From the IMG/VR virus record IMGVR_UViG_3300037067_007163, positions 7,496-71,495 of that record: a stretch of 64,000 bases of DNA; one strand, written 5' to 3'. Shown here piece after piece: positions 27,579 through 37,100 of this stretch. A program made the position numbers and the translations under genes. Positions within the stretch are counted from its first letter, which is position 1; every line of letters starts with the position of its first letter. This DNA is from a virus (lineage: Duplodnaviria; Caudoviricetes). The notes beneath the pieces were generated by a model. The model was not told the origin of the DNA. It did not search any database and was given only the letters and a program-made list of their open reading frames with translations.

Positions 27579-28640
27579 ATGGGTAGACGCGGAAGAGCCT
27601 GTTTTTGTTCATCCTGCAAGTGCGGCGAAACTACCATCACCGCAGATGGCACCGTTACGTGGATTTCTCACACCGTTGCCGATGGCGTGATTACCCGCGT
27701 CAACAACGAATCTCCTTGCATCACCTACTACGTTGATTCAGTCAGTGGCGGCGGTGCGGAATCAGGTACAGGCACGGAACTTGATCCCTGGACGAACTTG
27801 AACACCGTTTTCTCTGATACGTGTATCTACACGATTTGCAATGGCGGTTCCGAGGGATCGAGCGGTTGTCCGATGGTCAAGGTATTGGTGAAGGGCACAA
27901 TTGACTATGCAGTAGTGGGCAATAGCGGGCAGAACTATCAAAGAAAGTTGGTGATTGAACCGTGGGACGCTGAAACAATTACGATAAATGTTACCGGAAC
28001 TGGCGTAACTGCTTGTGCGGTGAAAGACTGTATTGGCTGCATCTGGAAAAGTACAGATGCAGCCAGCACTTGTACTGGATCTGCCAGCTATGGCTTCTAT
28101 GGCTGCTCTTCCTCGATATTTAATGCATGCACTGGAACTGGTACAGGAAATGGCACCACCTTCTATAGCAACGGTTATGGATTTTACTATTGCAATTCTT
28201 CTACGTTTGATACATGCACTGGCACGGGTAGTGGCGATGACCTCGGAAATGGTTATGGCTTTGCTAGATGCTCTTCTTCTACGTTTGATACATGCACTGG
28301 AACTGGTACAGGAAACGTAACTGGATACAGTATCTACTTCGGAAATGGTTATGGCTTCGAGAGCTGCTCTTCTTCTACGTTTGATACATGCACCGGCACT
28401 GGCACGGGAAACGACGACGGCTGGGGTTATGGCTTCGAGAGCTGCTCTTCTTCTACGTTTGATACATGCACCGGCACTGGTATTTCCGGCAGTTATGGCT
28501 ATGGCTTTTCCCAATGTTCTTCCTCCGATTTTAATGCCTGTGGTGGTGTTAGTACGACCTGCGGATTTGCGGGGTGCTCTTCTGGTTCCACATTCACCAA
28601 CTGCACGGCAACACCAACCGGATCACCTTGCGACACGTAA
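27579..28640 (+). CDS. Cys/Gly/Ser-rich repeat tail fibre-like protein (beta-solenoid)
   Basis: About 7 repeats of GYGFxxCSSSTFDTCTGTGTG. Confidence 0.7.
   Translation: MGRRGRACFCSSCKCGETTITADGTVTWISHTVADGVITRVNNESPCITYYVDSVSGGGAESGTGTELDPWTNLNTVFSDTCIYTICNGGSEGSSGCPMVKVLVKGTIDYAVVGNSGQNYQRKLVIEPWDAETITINVTGTGVTACAVKDCIGCIWKSTDAASTCTGSASYGFYGCSSSIFNACTGTGTGNGTTFYSNGYGFYYCNSSTFDTCTGTGSGDDLGNGYGFARCSSSTFDTCTGTGTGNVTGYSIYFGNGYGFESCSSSTFDTCTGTGTGNDDGWGYGFESCSSSTFDTCTGTGISGSYGYGFSQCSSSDFNACGGVSTTCGFAGCSSGSTFTNCTATPTGSPCDT
28347..28480 (+). repeat. Two identical 56-bp direct repeats (78-bp period) within a coding repeat array
   Basis: ggttatggcttcgagagctgctcttcttctacgtttgatacatgcaccggcactgg at 28347 and 28425. 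Confidence 0.9.
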
Positions 28641-28643
28641 ATT

Positions 28644-29111
28644 ATGCCAGAATCATTTTCCAACACAACACCAGAAGAAGCGGCGGCCCACAGGGCCAAG
28701 CTAGAAGCACAACGCACATGTCCGACGTGTGGTGCCGAACGAGACAAGGCCATGCGGATGCACGGCTTCGAGCAGGGCATCGTCCAACACATCCGAGAGC
28801 AGCGACTTGTCAAACGCGACTCCTGTATCTTGTGTGTGGAGAAGCATATAGGCAAGGCTCTTGTACTCTACAAAGAATTGCTGACGGCCGCCGAGACGAA
28901 CAACGTCAACGTGGAATTGAATCACCTGGAGATTATCGGAAACCTGCAAGCGGCAACCGATGAGGCAGAACAGTGGCCGGAGTTGCACAAGGCCATCGAT
29001 ACAGCCGAGCGAGAATATCGCTACAAGGGCAACGGTCCAGATTGGAGAGAAATTTTTGGGATGATCCAAGTTGCAAAGAATGCGGTAGAAACGATGCCCA
29101 CGGAGAAATGA
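28644..29111 (+). CDS. Hypothetical protein with CxxC motifs
   Basis: CPTC and CILCVEKH; last gene of the rightward tail block. Confidence 0.55.
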   Translation: MPESFSNTTPEEAAAHRAKLEAQRTCPTCGAERDKAMRMHGFEQGIVQHIREQRLVKRDSCILCVEKHIGKALVLYKELLTAAETNNVNVELNHLEIIGNLQAATDEAEQWPELHKAIDTAEREYRYKGNGPDWREIFGMIQVAKNAVETMPTEK

Positions 29112-29129
29112 CAGATAGGGAAGTAATGG

Positions 29130-30395
29130 TTATTGCGGCAGAAAATCCTGAACAACGGTCACTTCACGGACCTGTTTGCTATCAGGCTCAAACGTGCGAA
29201 TCTTGACCTGAATGCCCCGCAGGGGAATTGGGTATGGCGGGCATGTTAATTTCTCAGCATCGTCATCGACTATTCCGTTTCCATCGGTATCAAACCCGTC
29301 ACTACTGCAACCTGCCCTCGAATCAGAAGCGTAGCAGCCAGTCGCCTCGTAGTGGCTCGAATAAGTATCGTAGACTCTGGCCGTCGTACTCGTTGCTTGC
29401 AGACCTGAAAGAGACTGTCCAAATCCGCAGAATGGCGTTGCCTTGGATGGATCGTATCCAAGATCCACATAAGCCATCACGCCAGTATCAAACGCTTTCA
29501 CGTCGAAACCAATCACGTTAGTGAGAATAACATCGTCAGCAATCCGCGTCTCTGTACTTGGTGAGTTGGTCAGATAATTATCCGCGAAACGATTGGTAGT
29601 ATCATTAGTCCAAAAATCCATTGTCGCCTTTGTCGGCAATGACCCAGGGAAAGGAAGCGAAGCGGCACTTAGAATTGAGCATTCTCGAATTGTTGGCAAT
29701 CCCAACTGACCCCAGCCCCTGACATCATAGGGCCAATTATTCTGATTATTTTTCCATGGCTTATGTGCATATCGACACTCTCTTTTAGTTAAGTCACCTA
29801 GTGTGTTTGGAACGTATCCTGCAAAAGCACCTATTGCATCCCACGTAGCATGCAATGACAAATCATGATAAGCATGGAATCCAGCCTCTTTAACACTACT
29901 CAAGTTGGCACCAGGTGCTACAAGAAGCACACGGCGGTGGAGCGTGTTGCCTCGCAGGAACCACGCCACCTCAGCTACGTCGGATTGAATGGTATTCGCA
30001 CCACTTTTGCCCACGAACGGCTGGCCATTGCTATGCGTGGTGAACATCAAGATGTCGTCGAAATCGCCAACGGTTGTATCTGCCGGAGTGTTAGCCACTT
30101 CACTGTTTCGTGCATAACTTGGAGCTGTTGCTTGTATAATTGGTCCCTCAATGTACTCAAAATACCCAAGATTCTTTTCTGCATCAAGAGGGGGGATCAT
30201 TGTGGCAGTGGCCCCTTGTAAATCTAACTGTAGTCGTATTTCGGCTAAACGTATCCTATCAGCCGATTCAAGCATAGATCGAGAATCAGTAATGCTTTCG
30301 GCAACTTTTCCAAACATTTGAACAACAGCACCAATAAGCACAAGAGATAGTGCAGTGGCAACCAACATTTCAACAAGAGTCGTTCCGTGTTTCAT
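29130..30395 (-). CDS. Type IV pilin/T2SS pseudopilin-like protein (PilW/GspJ-like, large)
   Basis: MKHG|TTLVEMLVATALSLVLIGAVVQMF prepilin cleavage motif with Glu5 and hydrophobic helix; GAGGTG SD. Confidence 0.8.
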   Translation of the reverse strand: MKHGTTLVEMLVATALSLVLIGAVVQMFGKVAESITDSRSMLESADRIRLAEIRLQLDLQGATATMIPPLDAEKNLGYFEYIEGPIIQATAPSYARNSEVANTPADTTVGDFDDILMFTTHSNGQPFVGKSGANTIQSDVAEVAWFLRGNTLHRRVLLVAPGANLSSVKEAGFHAYHDLSLHATWDAIGAFAGYVPNTLGDLTKRECRYAHKPWKNNQNNWPYDVRGWGQLGLPTIRECSILSAASLPFPGSLPTKATMDFWTNDTTNRFADNYLTNSPSTETRIADDVILTNVIGFDVKAFDTGVMAYVDLGYDPSKATPFCGFGQSLSGLQATSTTARVYDTYSSHYEATGCYASDSRAGCSSDGFDTDGNGIVDDDAEKLTCPPYPIPLRGIQVKIRTFEPDSKQVREVTVVQDFLPQ

Positions 30396-30588
30396 TAGAC
30401 ACCTCTTTATCTGCGCTGTATTGCTTTCCAGCGACTATTGCCCAGATCGAAATAAACAAGGACACGTGTACAAATTCAGCAATCACTCCATATCCAACAC
30501 CATAAGCCTGACTAATAACAACAATTGTACCTGGCAGACTAAGGCCAAGAGTCAACAAAAGAGTGGCACGACAATTAAGCCTCAACAT
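30370..30588 (-). CDS. Small two-TM membrane protein
   Basis: Hydrophobic; overlaps neighbouring genes in the leftward cassette. Confidence 0.5.
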   Translation of the reverse strand: MLRLNCRATLLLTLGLSLPGTIVVISQAYGVGYGVIAEFVHVSLFISIWAIVAGKQYSADKEVSNETRNDSC

Positions 30589-30773
30589 GTTGTTTGCCCC
30601 CCACGTTGTTTATTTTGCAACTCTTCCTTTAGTGCTTCTGCTGTAGCTTTCCAAGTTGACGATTGTGCATTGATTTCCCTTTCGAGATCCCAAACACGTT
30701 TCCATCCAGCAGCCGCTATAATAAGCAGTGCAGCATCAAAAAAGAATGATCCAAACGATGGTAAATCTAACAC
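30582..30773 (-). CDS. Small membrane/coiled-coil protein
   Basis: GGAGGTG SD; TM followed by coiled coil. Confidence 0.55.
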   Translation of the reverse strand: MLDLPSFGSFFFDAALLIIAAAGWKRVWDLEREINAQSSTWKATAEALKEELQNKQRGGQTTC

Positions 30774-30849
30774 GATACACCTCCAATGACTAAATTTGCG
30801 AAAACGTAATTGTAACTGATTGGTGTTGTTAAAGGTTTAGCAGCCACAT

Positions 30850-30881
30850 CTATTATACTAAGTACAAACAAAACCGTAAAT
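30850..30881 (-). promoter_or_regulatory. Sigma70-like promoter for the leftward pilin cassette
   Basis: Minus strand TTTACG-17 nt-TATAAT. Confidence 0.65.
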
Positions 30882-30903
30882 AACTAGCTTAGGGGGTAAG
30901 TAA

Positions 30904-31167
30904 GTGGTTGGGGTAGGAACAGAATTGAAGCGATTGTTGCAAAAGTTGTGGATACAACCTTGTGAAAAATGCGATGGTAGAGCCATCATCATGGATGAAG
31001 AAGGGCCACAATGGTGTAGAGACAATGCAGACTTGATTGTTGGTTGGATGCAAGAAGAGGCAAAGCAGCGTGGTTTACCCTTTATTAAATTTGGAGCTAA
31101 GTTATTGCTGATGCAGGCAATTATTAGCACAGAAAAGAAACTAACAATTTTAGGAGAAAAATCATGA
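30904..31167 (+). CDS. Small Cys-containing protein at the start of the glycan cluster
   Basis: GTELKRLL...CEKC...GPQWC...IVGWMQEEA; overlaps the next gene. Confidence 0.55.
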   Translation: MVGVGTELKRLLQKLWIQPCEKCDGRAIIMDEEGPQWCRDNADLIVGWMQEEAKQRGLPFIKFGAKLLLMQAIISTEKKLTILGEKS

Positions 31168-31871
31168 GATGGACCTGTGGTATCACAACAGTAGCAGAAA
31201 GAGTTTGTGGGGGAATGCTAGCAAAAACACAAGAGTCATTGAAGAATGCTGGGTTCACAATTGACCGGCTATTCATTGATGGTCATGCAGATGTAGAAGA
31301 TACTGCTACTATACGTGAACCAAAGATTAGCATTGTAGGTAACTACCTATTAGGAATGTTGGAGCTGTATATTCGTGAACCTCACGCTGACCTGTATGCC
31401 ATGTTTCAAGATGATATTATTGCTGTAAAGAACCTACGGCAGTACATTGAGCAACATGAGTTTCCGCATAAGGGTTACTTGAACCTTATTACATTCCCAG
31501 AAAATACAATTCTCAGTGGTGGTAAACAAGGGTGGTTTGCTAGCAATCAATTAGGACGAGGAGCAATAGGATTGATATTCAATCAAGAGGGGTTGTTAAC
31601 ACTGCTAGGTAGTCCAGTAACACTAGACAAGCCAAGATTGATAATCAACCATGCACACCGAGTTTATCCCCACAAGAACTTGGATGGTATGATTGTAACT
31701 GCTATGAAACGTGCAGGTTGGAAAGAATACGTACACAATCCAAGCTTATTGCAACATACTGGTGGTGGGCAAACCACATTAGACAATCACATTGGTAATG
31801 ATCGTTGGCCTGGAGCTGATTCTTTTCCAGGTGAAGAATTTGATGCACTATCATTGCTTGGAGTAGAGTAG
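31164..31871 (+). CDS. GT-A fold glycosyltransferase-like protein
   Basis: MFQDDII (DxD-like), PSLLQHTG. Confidence 0.65.
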   Translation: MRWTCGITTVAERVCGGMLAKTQESLKNAGFTIDRLFIDGHADVEDTATIREPKISIVGNYLLGMLELYIREPHADLYAMFQDDIIAVKNLRQYIEQHEFPHKGYLNLITFPENTILSGGKQGWFASNQLGRGAIGLIFNQEGLLTLLGSPVTLDKPRLIINHAHRVYPHKNLDGMIVTAMKRAGWKEYVHNPSLLQHTGGGQTTLDNHIGNDRWPGADSFPGEEFDALSLLGVE

Positions 31872-31872
31872 C

Positions 31873-33069
31873 ATGAAGATTTGTTTGGTTCGATGCCCCT
31901 CACCGTTCTTAATAGAAGACAAGGCTTTTCCACCCTTGGGTCTATTGTCTGTTGGTACAGGCTTAAAACTGCATGGACACGAAGTAGTGATACATGATGG
32001 ACCACTGGCTGAGATACCAATAGGACATGAAGGCTACGGATTTGGTCCTACTGCTCCAGAGTATCCCCATGCATTGCTTGGCATGGACTTGATTCGAGAA
32101 TACGCTCCAAAAGCCAAAGTAATACTAGGTGGACCGCATGCTACGTTGAATTTTAAGTCTTGCTGTAATGATGGTTGGGATTGTATCGTTGTAGGGGACG
32201 GTGACTTAATTGCACACGACGCATTTGTTGGTGAAGAGCATTTGCTATTTGCAGAAGATCAACCTTTAGACAATTACCCCATTCCTGATCGCACATTGAT
32301 CAACCTGACAGATTACGAATATTGGTTGAACGGTCGTTTAGCTACAACATTGGTAACTTCACGTGGCTGTCCTTTCCGTTGTGCCTTCTGTTGTAAGAAT
32401 CACAATCGTGTTAGGTTTCGTAGTGCAGCTAAGGTGATTGAAGAGATTGACCTGCTGCACTTTCAATTCGGGTACAACGCATTACTATTCCCCGAAGACA
32501 TTTTTATTCTAGATAGAACTCGTGCAGAAGTTGTGTGTTACCATCTAAAAAGTCTTAACATCACTTGGCGTTGTTTAGTGCGTGCAGATGTGCTAGTCAA
32601 ATATGGTGTTGAATTCATAAGAATGATGAAGGATTGTGGTTGTGTAGCAGTTGGTATTGGTGTAGAGTCTGGGTCACAAGCAATTCTTGAAACCATTCAA
32701 AAGGGCGAGAGTTTAGAGACAATCAAAACTGCAATTTACTTGCTCAAAGCAGAAGGAATCCATGTGAAGGGATTCTTTGTGATTGGATTGCCCAGTGAGA
32801 GTCCAGAAACATTGGCAGAGACAGAGCAATTCATTGCAGAGATGCCTTTGGATGACTTCGATTGCAAAATATACAATCCCTATCCTGGTAGTCCTATCTA
32901 TGATCACCGTGAACAATATGACATTCATTGGACAGACGTGAATTTGTCTCAGTCATTCTACAAAGGAAGACCCGGAGAATATCATGGTAATGTGTCCACT
33001 TCATTAGCAACTACAGAACAAATCGTAGCTTCTTGGAAACGTATAGAACAAACATACAAAAGATGGTAG
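31873..33069 (+). CDS. Cobalamin-dependent (class B) radical SAM enzyme
   Basis: N-terminal B12-binding region (PPLGLL, ILGGPHAT), SRGCPFRCAFC, IGVESG, FVIGLPSE. Confidence 0.9.
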   Translation: MKICLVRCPSPFLIEDKAFPPLGLLSVGTGLKLHGHEVVIHDGPLAEIPIGHEGYGFGPTAPEYPHALLGMDLIREYAPKAKVILGGPHATLNFKSCCNDGWDCIVVGDGDLIAHDAFVGEEHLLFAEDQPLDNYPIPDRTLINLTDYEYWLNGRLATTLVTSRGCPFRCAFCCKNHNRVRFRSAAKVIEEIDLLHFQFGYNALLFPEDIFILDRTRAEVVCYHLKSLNITWRCLVRADVLVKYGVEFIRMMKDCGCVAVGIGVESGSQAILETIQKGESLETIKTAIYLLKAEGIHVKGFFVIGLPSESPETLAETEQFIAEMPLDDFDCKIYNPYPGSPIYDHREQYDIHWTDVNLSQSFYKGRPGEYHGNVSTSLATTEQIVASWKRIEQTYKRW

Positions 33070-33074
33070 GAAGC

Positions 33075-33830
33075 ATGACCCCAGACCGAATAATTTCCGT
33101 ATGTATTGGTATTAGGAATCAAGCACACTTAATACCTTACACATTAGACAGTATCTATGCTCAAAACATCAGTGGCTACGAGTTGGAAGTGATTGTCACG
33201 GATGATGGGTCTGATGACGGTGTCAGTGAAATCTTAGATAGGTATCCACTCACCCACTTGTACTTAGAAAATCACACCTACCACAATGGTGTGTACGCTA
33301 AGAATTCAAGCCTTAAAAGTGCACACGGTGACTTGATCATACAGCAAAGTGCTGATGTTATTCACTCCACCACAAATGTAATCAAGTCTTTAGTGGAAGC
33401 ACTGCCAGGACGTCGTGCTACCTTTGCCTCTGTTCATAACTACCATCGAGACAAGGGTATTGCAGACGACTTTCAGTATACGGGATTAGCAAACCGCAGA
33501 CCATTCTTCTTTCTTGGTGCATGCTATCGAGAAGACGTATGTAGTGTTGGGGGATATGATCCACTGTTAGGTGATGTGGTTTACTATGATGACAATTGGC
33601 ATGCTGACTGCTTGCTCAATACCTGTCATGTAAAACCCCTATTCTTAGAAGTGGTGGGGTGGCATCAGAACCACGACCGTTGTATCTATGACACAGCACC
33701 TGCAAAGAGTGTTTACTATAGATTGTTGAGAGAAGCAGTGGAAGGAAAGATCAAGTACATTTCTTCTAGTGGCCCTTGGCCCTACATTCCTGGCAGGTCT
33801 GTAGCAGAGATAGATCGAGGTGCAATATGA
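33075..33830 (+). CDS. GT2-family glycosyltransferase
   Basis: EVIVTDDGSDD, KNSSLKSAHGD, QSAD. Confidence 0.85.
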   Translation: MTPDRIISVCIGIRNQAHLIPYTLDSIYAQNISGYELEVIVTDDGSDDGVSEILDRYPLTHLYLENHTYHNGVYAKNSSLKSAHGDLIIQQSADVIHSTTNVIKSLVEALPGRRATFASVHNYHRDKGIADDFQYTGLANRRPFFFLGACYREDVCSVGGYDPLLGDVVYYDDNWHADCLLNTCHVKPLFLEVVGWHQNHDRCIYDTAPAKSVYYRLLREAVEGKIKYISSSGPWPYIPGRSVAEIDRGAI

Positions 33831-34375
33831 CAACGGCTGTAATCACATTAGATACTGGGGGTAAACAGCAGGAATGTTGTACTCTATTTAATGACCTCTC
33901 TCAGTATAGTAACTTACCAAGTTCTGTGGACAAGTTGATACTCTGTGATCCCAGCACCCCTGCTATAGACTTTGCTACCTTAGTTCCTGTAACCACAGAC
34001 TATTCAGGATTGTCCCCTAACCCAAAAGATCAAGACTCCTTTAAGAAGCTGTTTACATTCTTAATGCCTTACGACCGTGCTATCTATCTTTCACCAGATC
34101 TATCCTACAAGAAAGATATTTCCATACTGTGGTCAGAGTCTCACTTACTTCAACATCTGCTCTATGCTAGACACTTACCCAATGGATTTTTCGATGATAA
34201 TGTAATGGTGTTCAACCACAACTTACTGTTAGGATTCCATGACATCTTAGTTTACCTGACAAGAACTAGATTGTTTGAAGGTTACGGATACACTTGTAAG
34301 GATGTATTGAATGGGTACTTTTGCCACACCAAAAGAAAAGTTGGTGACTTGTCCAAGGAGTTAAACTTAGGATGA
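33827..34375 (+). CDS. Divergent GT8-like protein
   Basis: FKKLFTF...YDRAIYLSPD resembles GT8 YDRxxxLDxD with the DxD degenerate. Confidence 0.5.
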   Translation: MTTAVITLDTGGKQQECCTLFNDLSQYSNLPSSVDKLILCDPSTPAIDFATLVPVTTDYSGLSPNPKDQDSFKKLFTFLMPYDRAIYLSPDLSYKKDISILWSESHLLQHLLYARHLPNGFFDDNVMVFNHNLLLGFHDILVYLTRTRLFEGYGYTCKDVLNGYFCHTKRKVGDLSKELNLG

Positions 34376-35427
34376 ACAATACTTACACCCAATTCAAAGG
34401 TAGTAATCCATTTGCATCTCAGGCAAAGACTTTGTTTCACGGAGATCGTATCAGTGACTATCTAAGAACTGGTGATTGCATGCCAGTGTTCTGTGAGGTA
34501 AATCTAACAAACACTTGCAACTTGCAGTGTCAATGGTGTATCAGTGAGAACTTCAAGCATGGTCAAGACACTTTACAGACAGATGCAATGCTTAGGTTTG
34601 CTAAAGACTTTGCTGCATCTGGTGGTAAGGCAATTACATTTTCTGGTGGTGGTGAACCAACGCTGCACCCTAACTTCACAGAGATTATTGAGGGTTGCAA
34701 GCAGGCTGGTTTAGAGATTGGATTGATGACCAATGGTGCTTATGCTATTGAGCTGAATAATGTAATTGCTAACAACATGCAGTGGGTGAGATTCAGTTTA
34801 GACACATTAGACCAAGTGCACTATAAGCAATGGAAGGGGGTAGACAGACTGGATCAGGTGTTGGCCAATGTTTCTATTCTCTCACAGAAAGGGGCGGCGA
34901 AGGTTGGTATCAACTGTAATGTGCACAAGAACCTTACCATTCGAGAAGTGGATGACCTGATCAATATGCTGGATGAGTGTGGTGCATCTTACCTACAGTT
35001 TCGGCCAGTTATTCCTCGATACTTTAAGTTAGAAACAATTGAACTCAATTCTCGTGTTTGGAATTACTTATCCACTGTGCAAGATGCTCGTATCAACTAC
35101 TCACTTGATAAATACAACGACTTGGCTGCTGGCACTATATTTCCCTTTAGTTCATGTGAGGCACATCGTCTTAGCTTTGTAGTAAACAGCAACGGCGACT
35201 TATTGCCTTGCATGTACCATCCTAATGATTCACGATTTGTGTTTGGTAACATCTACAACAATCACTTCCATGAAATATGGAAATCAGAACAACGGCAGTC
35301 TACAATTCAATTCATGCAACATGGATTAGATATGCATCGTGAATGTCAACTGTGCTGCAAGTTGTGCGAATTAAATAAATTGTTTGAGTTTCTCAAGACT
35401 AATGGAATGGACGTAAACTTTCTTTAG
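34372..35427 (+). CDS. Radical SAM/SPASM-domain protein
   Basis: CNLQCQWC, FSGGGEP, C-terminal CEAH...PC...FGNI...C..CC. Confidence 0.9.
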   Translation: MNNTYTQFKGSNPFASQAKTLFHGDRISDYLRTGDCMPVFCEVNLTNTCNLQCQWCISENFKHGQDTLQTDAMLRFAKDFAASGGKAITFSGGGEPTLHPNFTEIIEGCKQAGLEIGLMTNGAYAIELNNVIANNMQWVRFSLDTLDQVHYKQWKGVDRLDQVLANVSILSQKGAAKVGINCNVHKNLTIREVDDLINMLDECGASYLQFRPVIPRYFKLETIELNSRVWNYLSTVQDARINYSLDKYNDLAAGTIFPFSSCEAHRLSFVVNSNGDLLPCMYHPNDSRFVFGNIYNNHFHEIWKSEQRQSTIQFMQHGLDMHRECQLCCKLCELNKLFEFLKTNGMDVNFL

Positions 35428-35437
35428 GAGATAAGTT

Positions 35438-36172
35438 GTGAAGACAGCTATTGTAACAGTTGCCACTGGTGACTATATTGAAGGTGCAAGGGTATTCTAC
35501 AAAAGTCTAGAAAGACATGGAATGCCTGACTGGATTGACAGGCTGGTAGTTGGGCCAGAGACATGTGACTTTGCACAACCAATACCAATGACAGAAGATT
35601 ACTCTTGGGTATCAGCTCCAAATCTAAAGAATAAAGAATCGCTCAAAAACTTCTACTCATTAACACTGGATTATGACCGCGTGCTTAGTGTTAATGCAGA
35701 CATGCTTTGCATTGGTGACCCTTCCTATCTTTGGTCAGATAGAATTGGTAATCTACCATTCTATGTTGGTCACGACACTGCTGCTCAAATCTACTATCCA
35801 GACAATCTTAAACGACTGGGATTGGATCCGTTTATTGTGTTCAATGCAGGTTTGTATGTCTACTGTCGTGGAGCATATCCAAACCTACATGAAGATCTGA
35901 TGTCAGATATAAGGGATGGTAAGTTAGAAACCTATGAGGTTGGTGATCAAGGATTTTGGAATCACTTCTTCAGTCTCCACAGATTAGAGATAGGTTGGCT
36001 ACCAACAGGGTTAAACTACTGCTTAGATCAACACTTTCCACCACCATTGGTAGCAGATCAACGGCTGGTTCATTTCTGTGGGCCGAAGCCATGGCGAGAG
36101 AAGAGAATAAACGACTGGACATTGCCTTACTACAAAATGTGGGAGAATGAGCGAGATGGAATCTATAGTTGA
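35438..36172 (+). CDS. GT8-family glycosyltransferase
   Basis: YDRVLSVNADML, FNAG, GDQGFWN, N...VHFCGPKPW. Confidence 0.85.
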   Translation: MKTAIVTVATGDYIEGARVFYKSLERHGMPDWIDRLVVGPETCDFAQPIPMTEDYSWVSAPNLKNKESLKNFYSLTLDYDRVLSVNADMLCIGDPSYLWSDRIGNLPFYVGHDTAAQIYYPDNLKRLGLDPFIVFNAGLYVYCRGAYPNLHEDLMSDIRDGKLETYEVGDQGFWNHFFSLHRLEIGWLPTGLNYCLDQHFPPPLVADQRLVHFCGPKPWREKRINDWTLPYYKMWENERDGIYS

Positions 36173-37100
36173 CGTTCCAAAGGTGTTTCGACCGGACCCC
36201 TGCTTTGAATATCCTCGTTACAACACAATAACCTTTGAGGAGTATTTTTACAGGTACTTTCTAAAGCACCAACCAGTAACCAAAAGGAAGTATCTACCAA
36301 TTTTGTGGTCCGTGTTTTACTACACACGGCATTACCGCAACGATGGTACACAAGACTTACAAAAATACTTGGATGAATTAGATCCGAGTCAATCCTATTT
36401 TACCATTTGTGCTTACGATGGTGGCACATTTGAAAGAACAAGTCATTTAGACCTCAAGGTGTTCAGCTCTATTGGTGACACTGTCAGCATGAATTGGAAT
36501 ACCTACAAAGGCAATGTAGGAGACCGTGCTATTCCTCTAACTCTTACTCCTGCTCCAAACATCAACTTAGACCGTAAGAGAGATGTACTGGCAGGATTCG
36601 TGGGTGCTCGTACCAGTCCAGAACGAGAAGTCATTTGGAATGTGCTGAGCAATGAACCAGGTTTTGAAGTAAGAGAAAGCATTGTAAGTCCTGTGTGCAG
36701 CTTTGAGAAGATGGATACAGATAAGTGGGCAACGGTAGGGTATGAAGGGTTCAAAGACCTAATGGAGCGTAGTGTATTTGCTCTTTGCCCACGTGGTAGC
36801 AGTCCCACGACATTTCGTATTTGTGAAAGCTTGCAGTATGGTTGTGTGCCGGTCTATGTTAGTGACCATTTTTGGTTCCCTTGGTCAAATCCGAAAGACC
36901 CAAGTGACCACGGTATGTTTGACCAAATCGGTATCACTTGCACAACAAGAGAGATCCCTGATCTTCCTAGAAGATTAAGAAGCATGTCAAAGTCTAGAAT
37001 CAATGATTATTTGCAAGCAGGCAAAGAACTGTACCAAGACTACTTTAGTTCTGAAGGTTGTGCAGCACGTATTGTAGAAGAGGTCAACTGCAATGGATAA
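36147..37100 (+). CDS. Exostosin (GT47)-family glycosyltransferase
   Basis: MERSVFALCPRG...RICESLQYGCVPVYVSD...PW. Confidence 0.85.
   Translation: MSEMESIVDVPKVFRPDPCFEYPRYNTITFEEYFYRYFLKHQPVTKRKYLPILWSVFYYTRHYRNDGTQDLQKYLDELDPSQSYFTICAYDGGTFERTSHLDLKVFSSIGDTVSMNWNTYKGNVGDRAIPLTLTPAPNINLDRKRDVLAGFVGARTSPEREVIWNVLSNEPGFEVRESIVSPVCSFEKMDTDKWATVGYEGFKDLMERSVFALCPRGSSPTTFRICESLQYGCVPVYVSDHFWFPWSNPKDPSDHGMFDQIGITCTTREIPDLPRRLRSMSKSRINDYLQAGKELYQDYFSSEGCAARIVEEVNCNG

Noticed and set aside
28150-28500. CRISPR array or DGR template/variable repeat pair
   Set aside because: Repeats are in-frame coding units; differences are not adenine-specific; no reverse transcriptase or cas genes are visible in the window.
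29228-30789. Plus-strand ORFs over the pilin cassette
   Set aside because: Antisense shadows; the minus-strand genes have SDs, a promoter and a recognisable motif.
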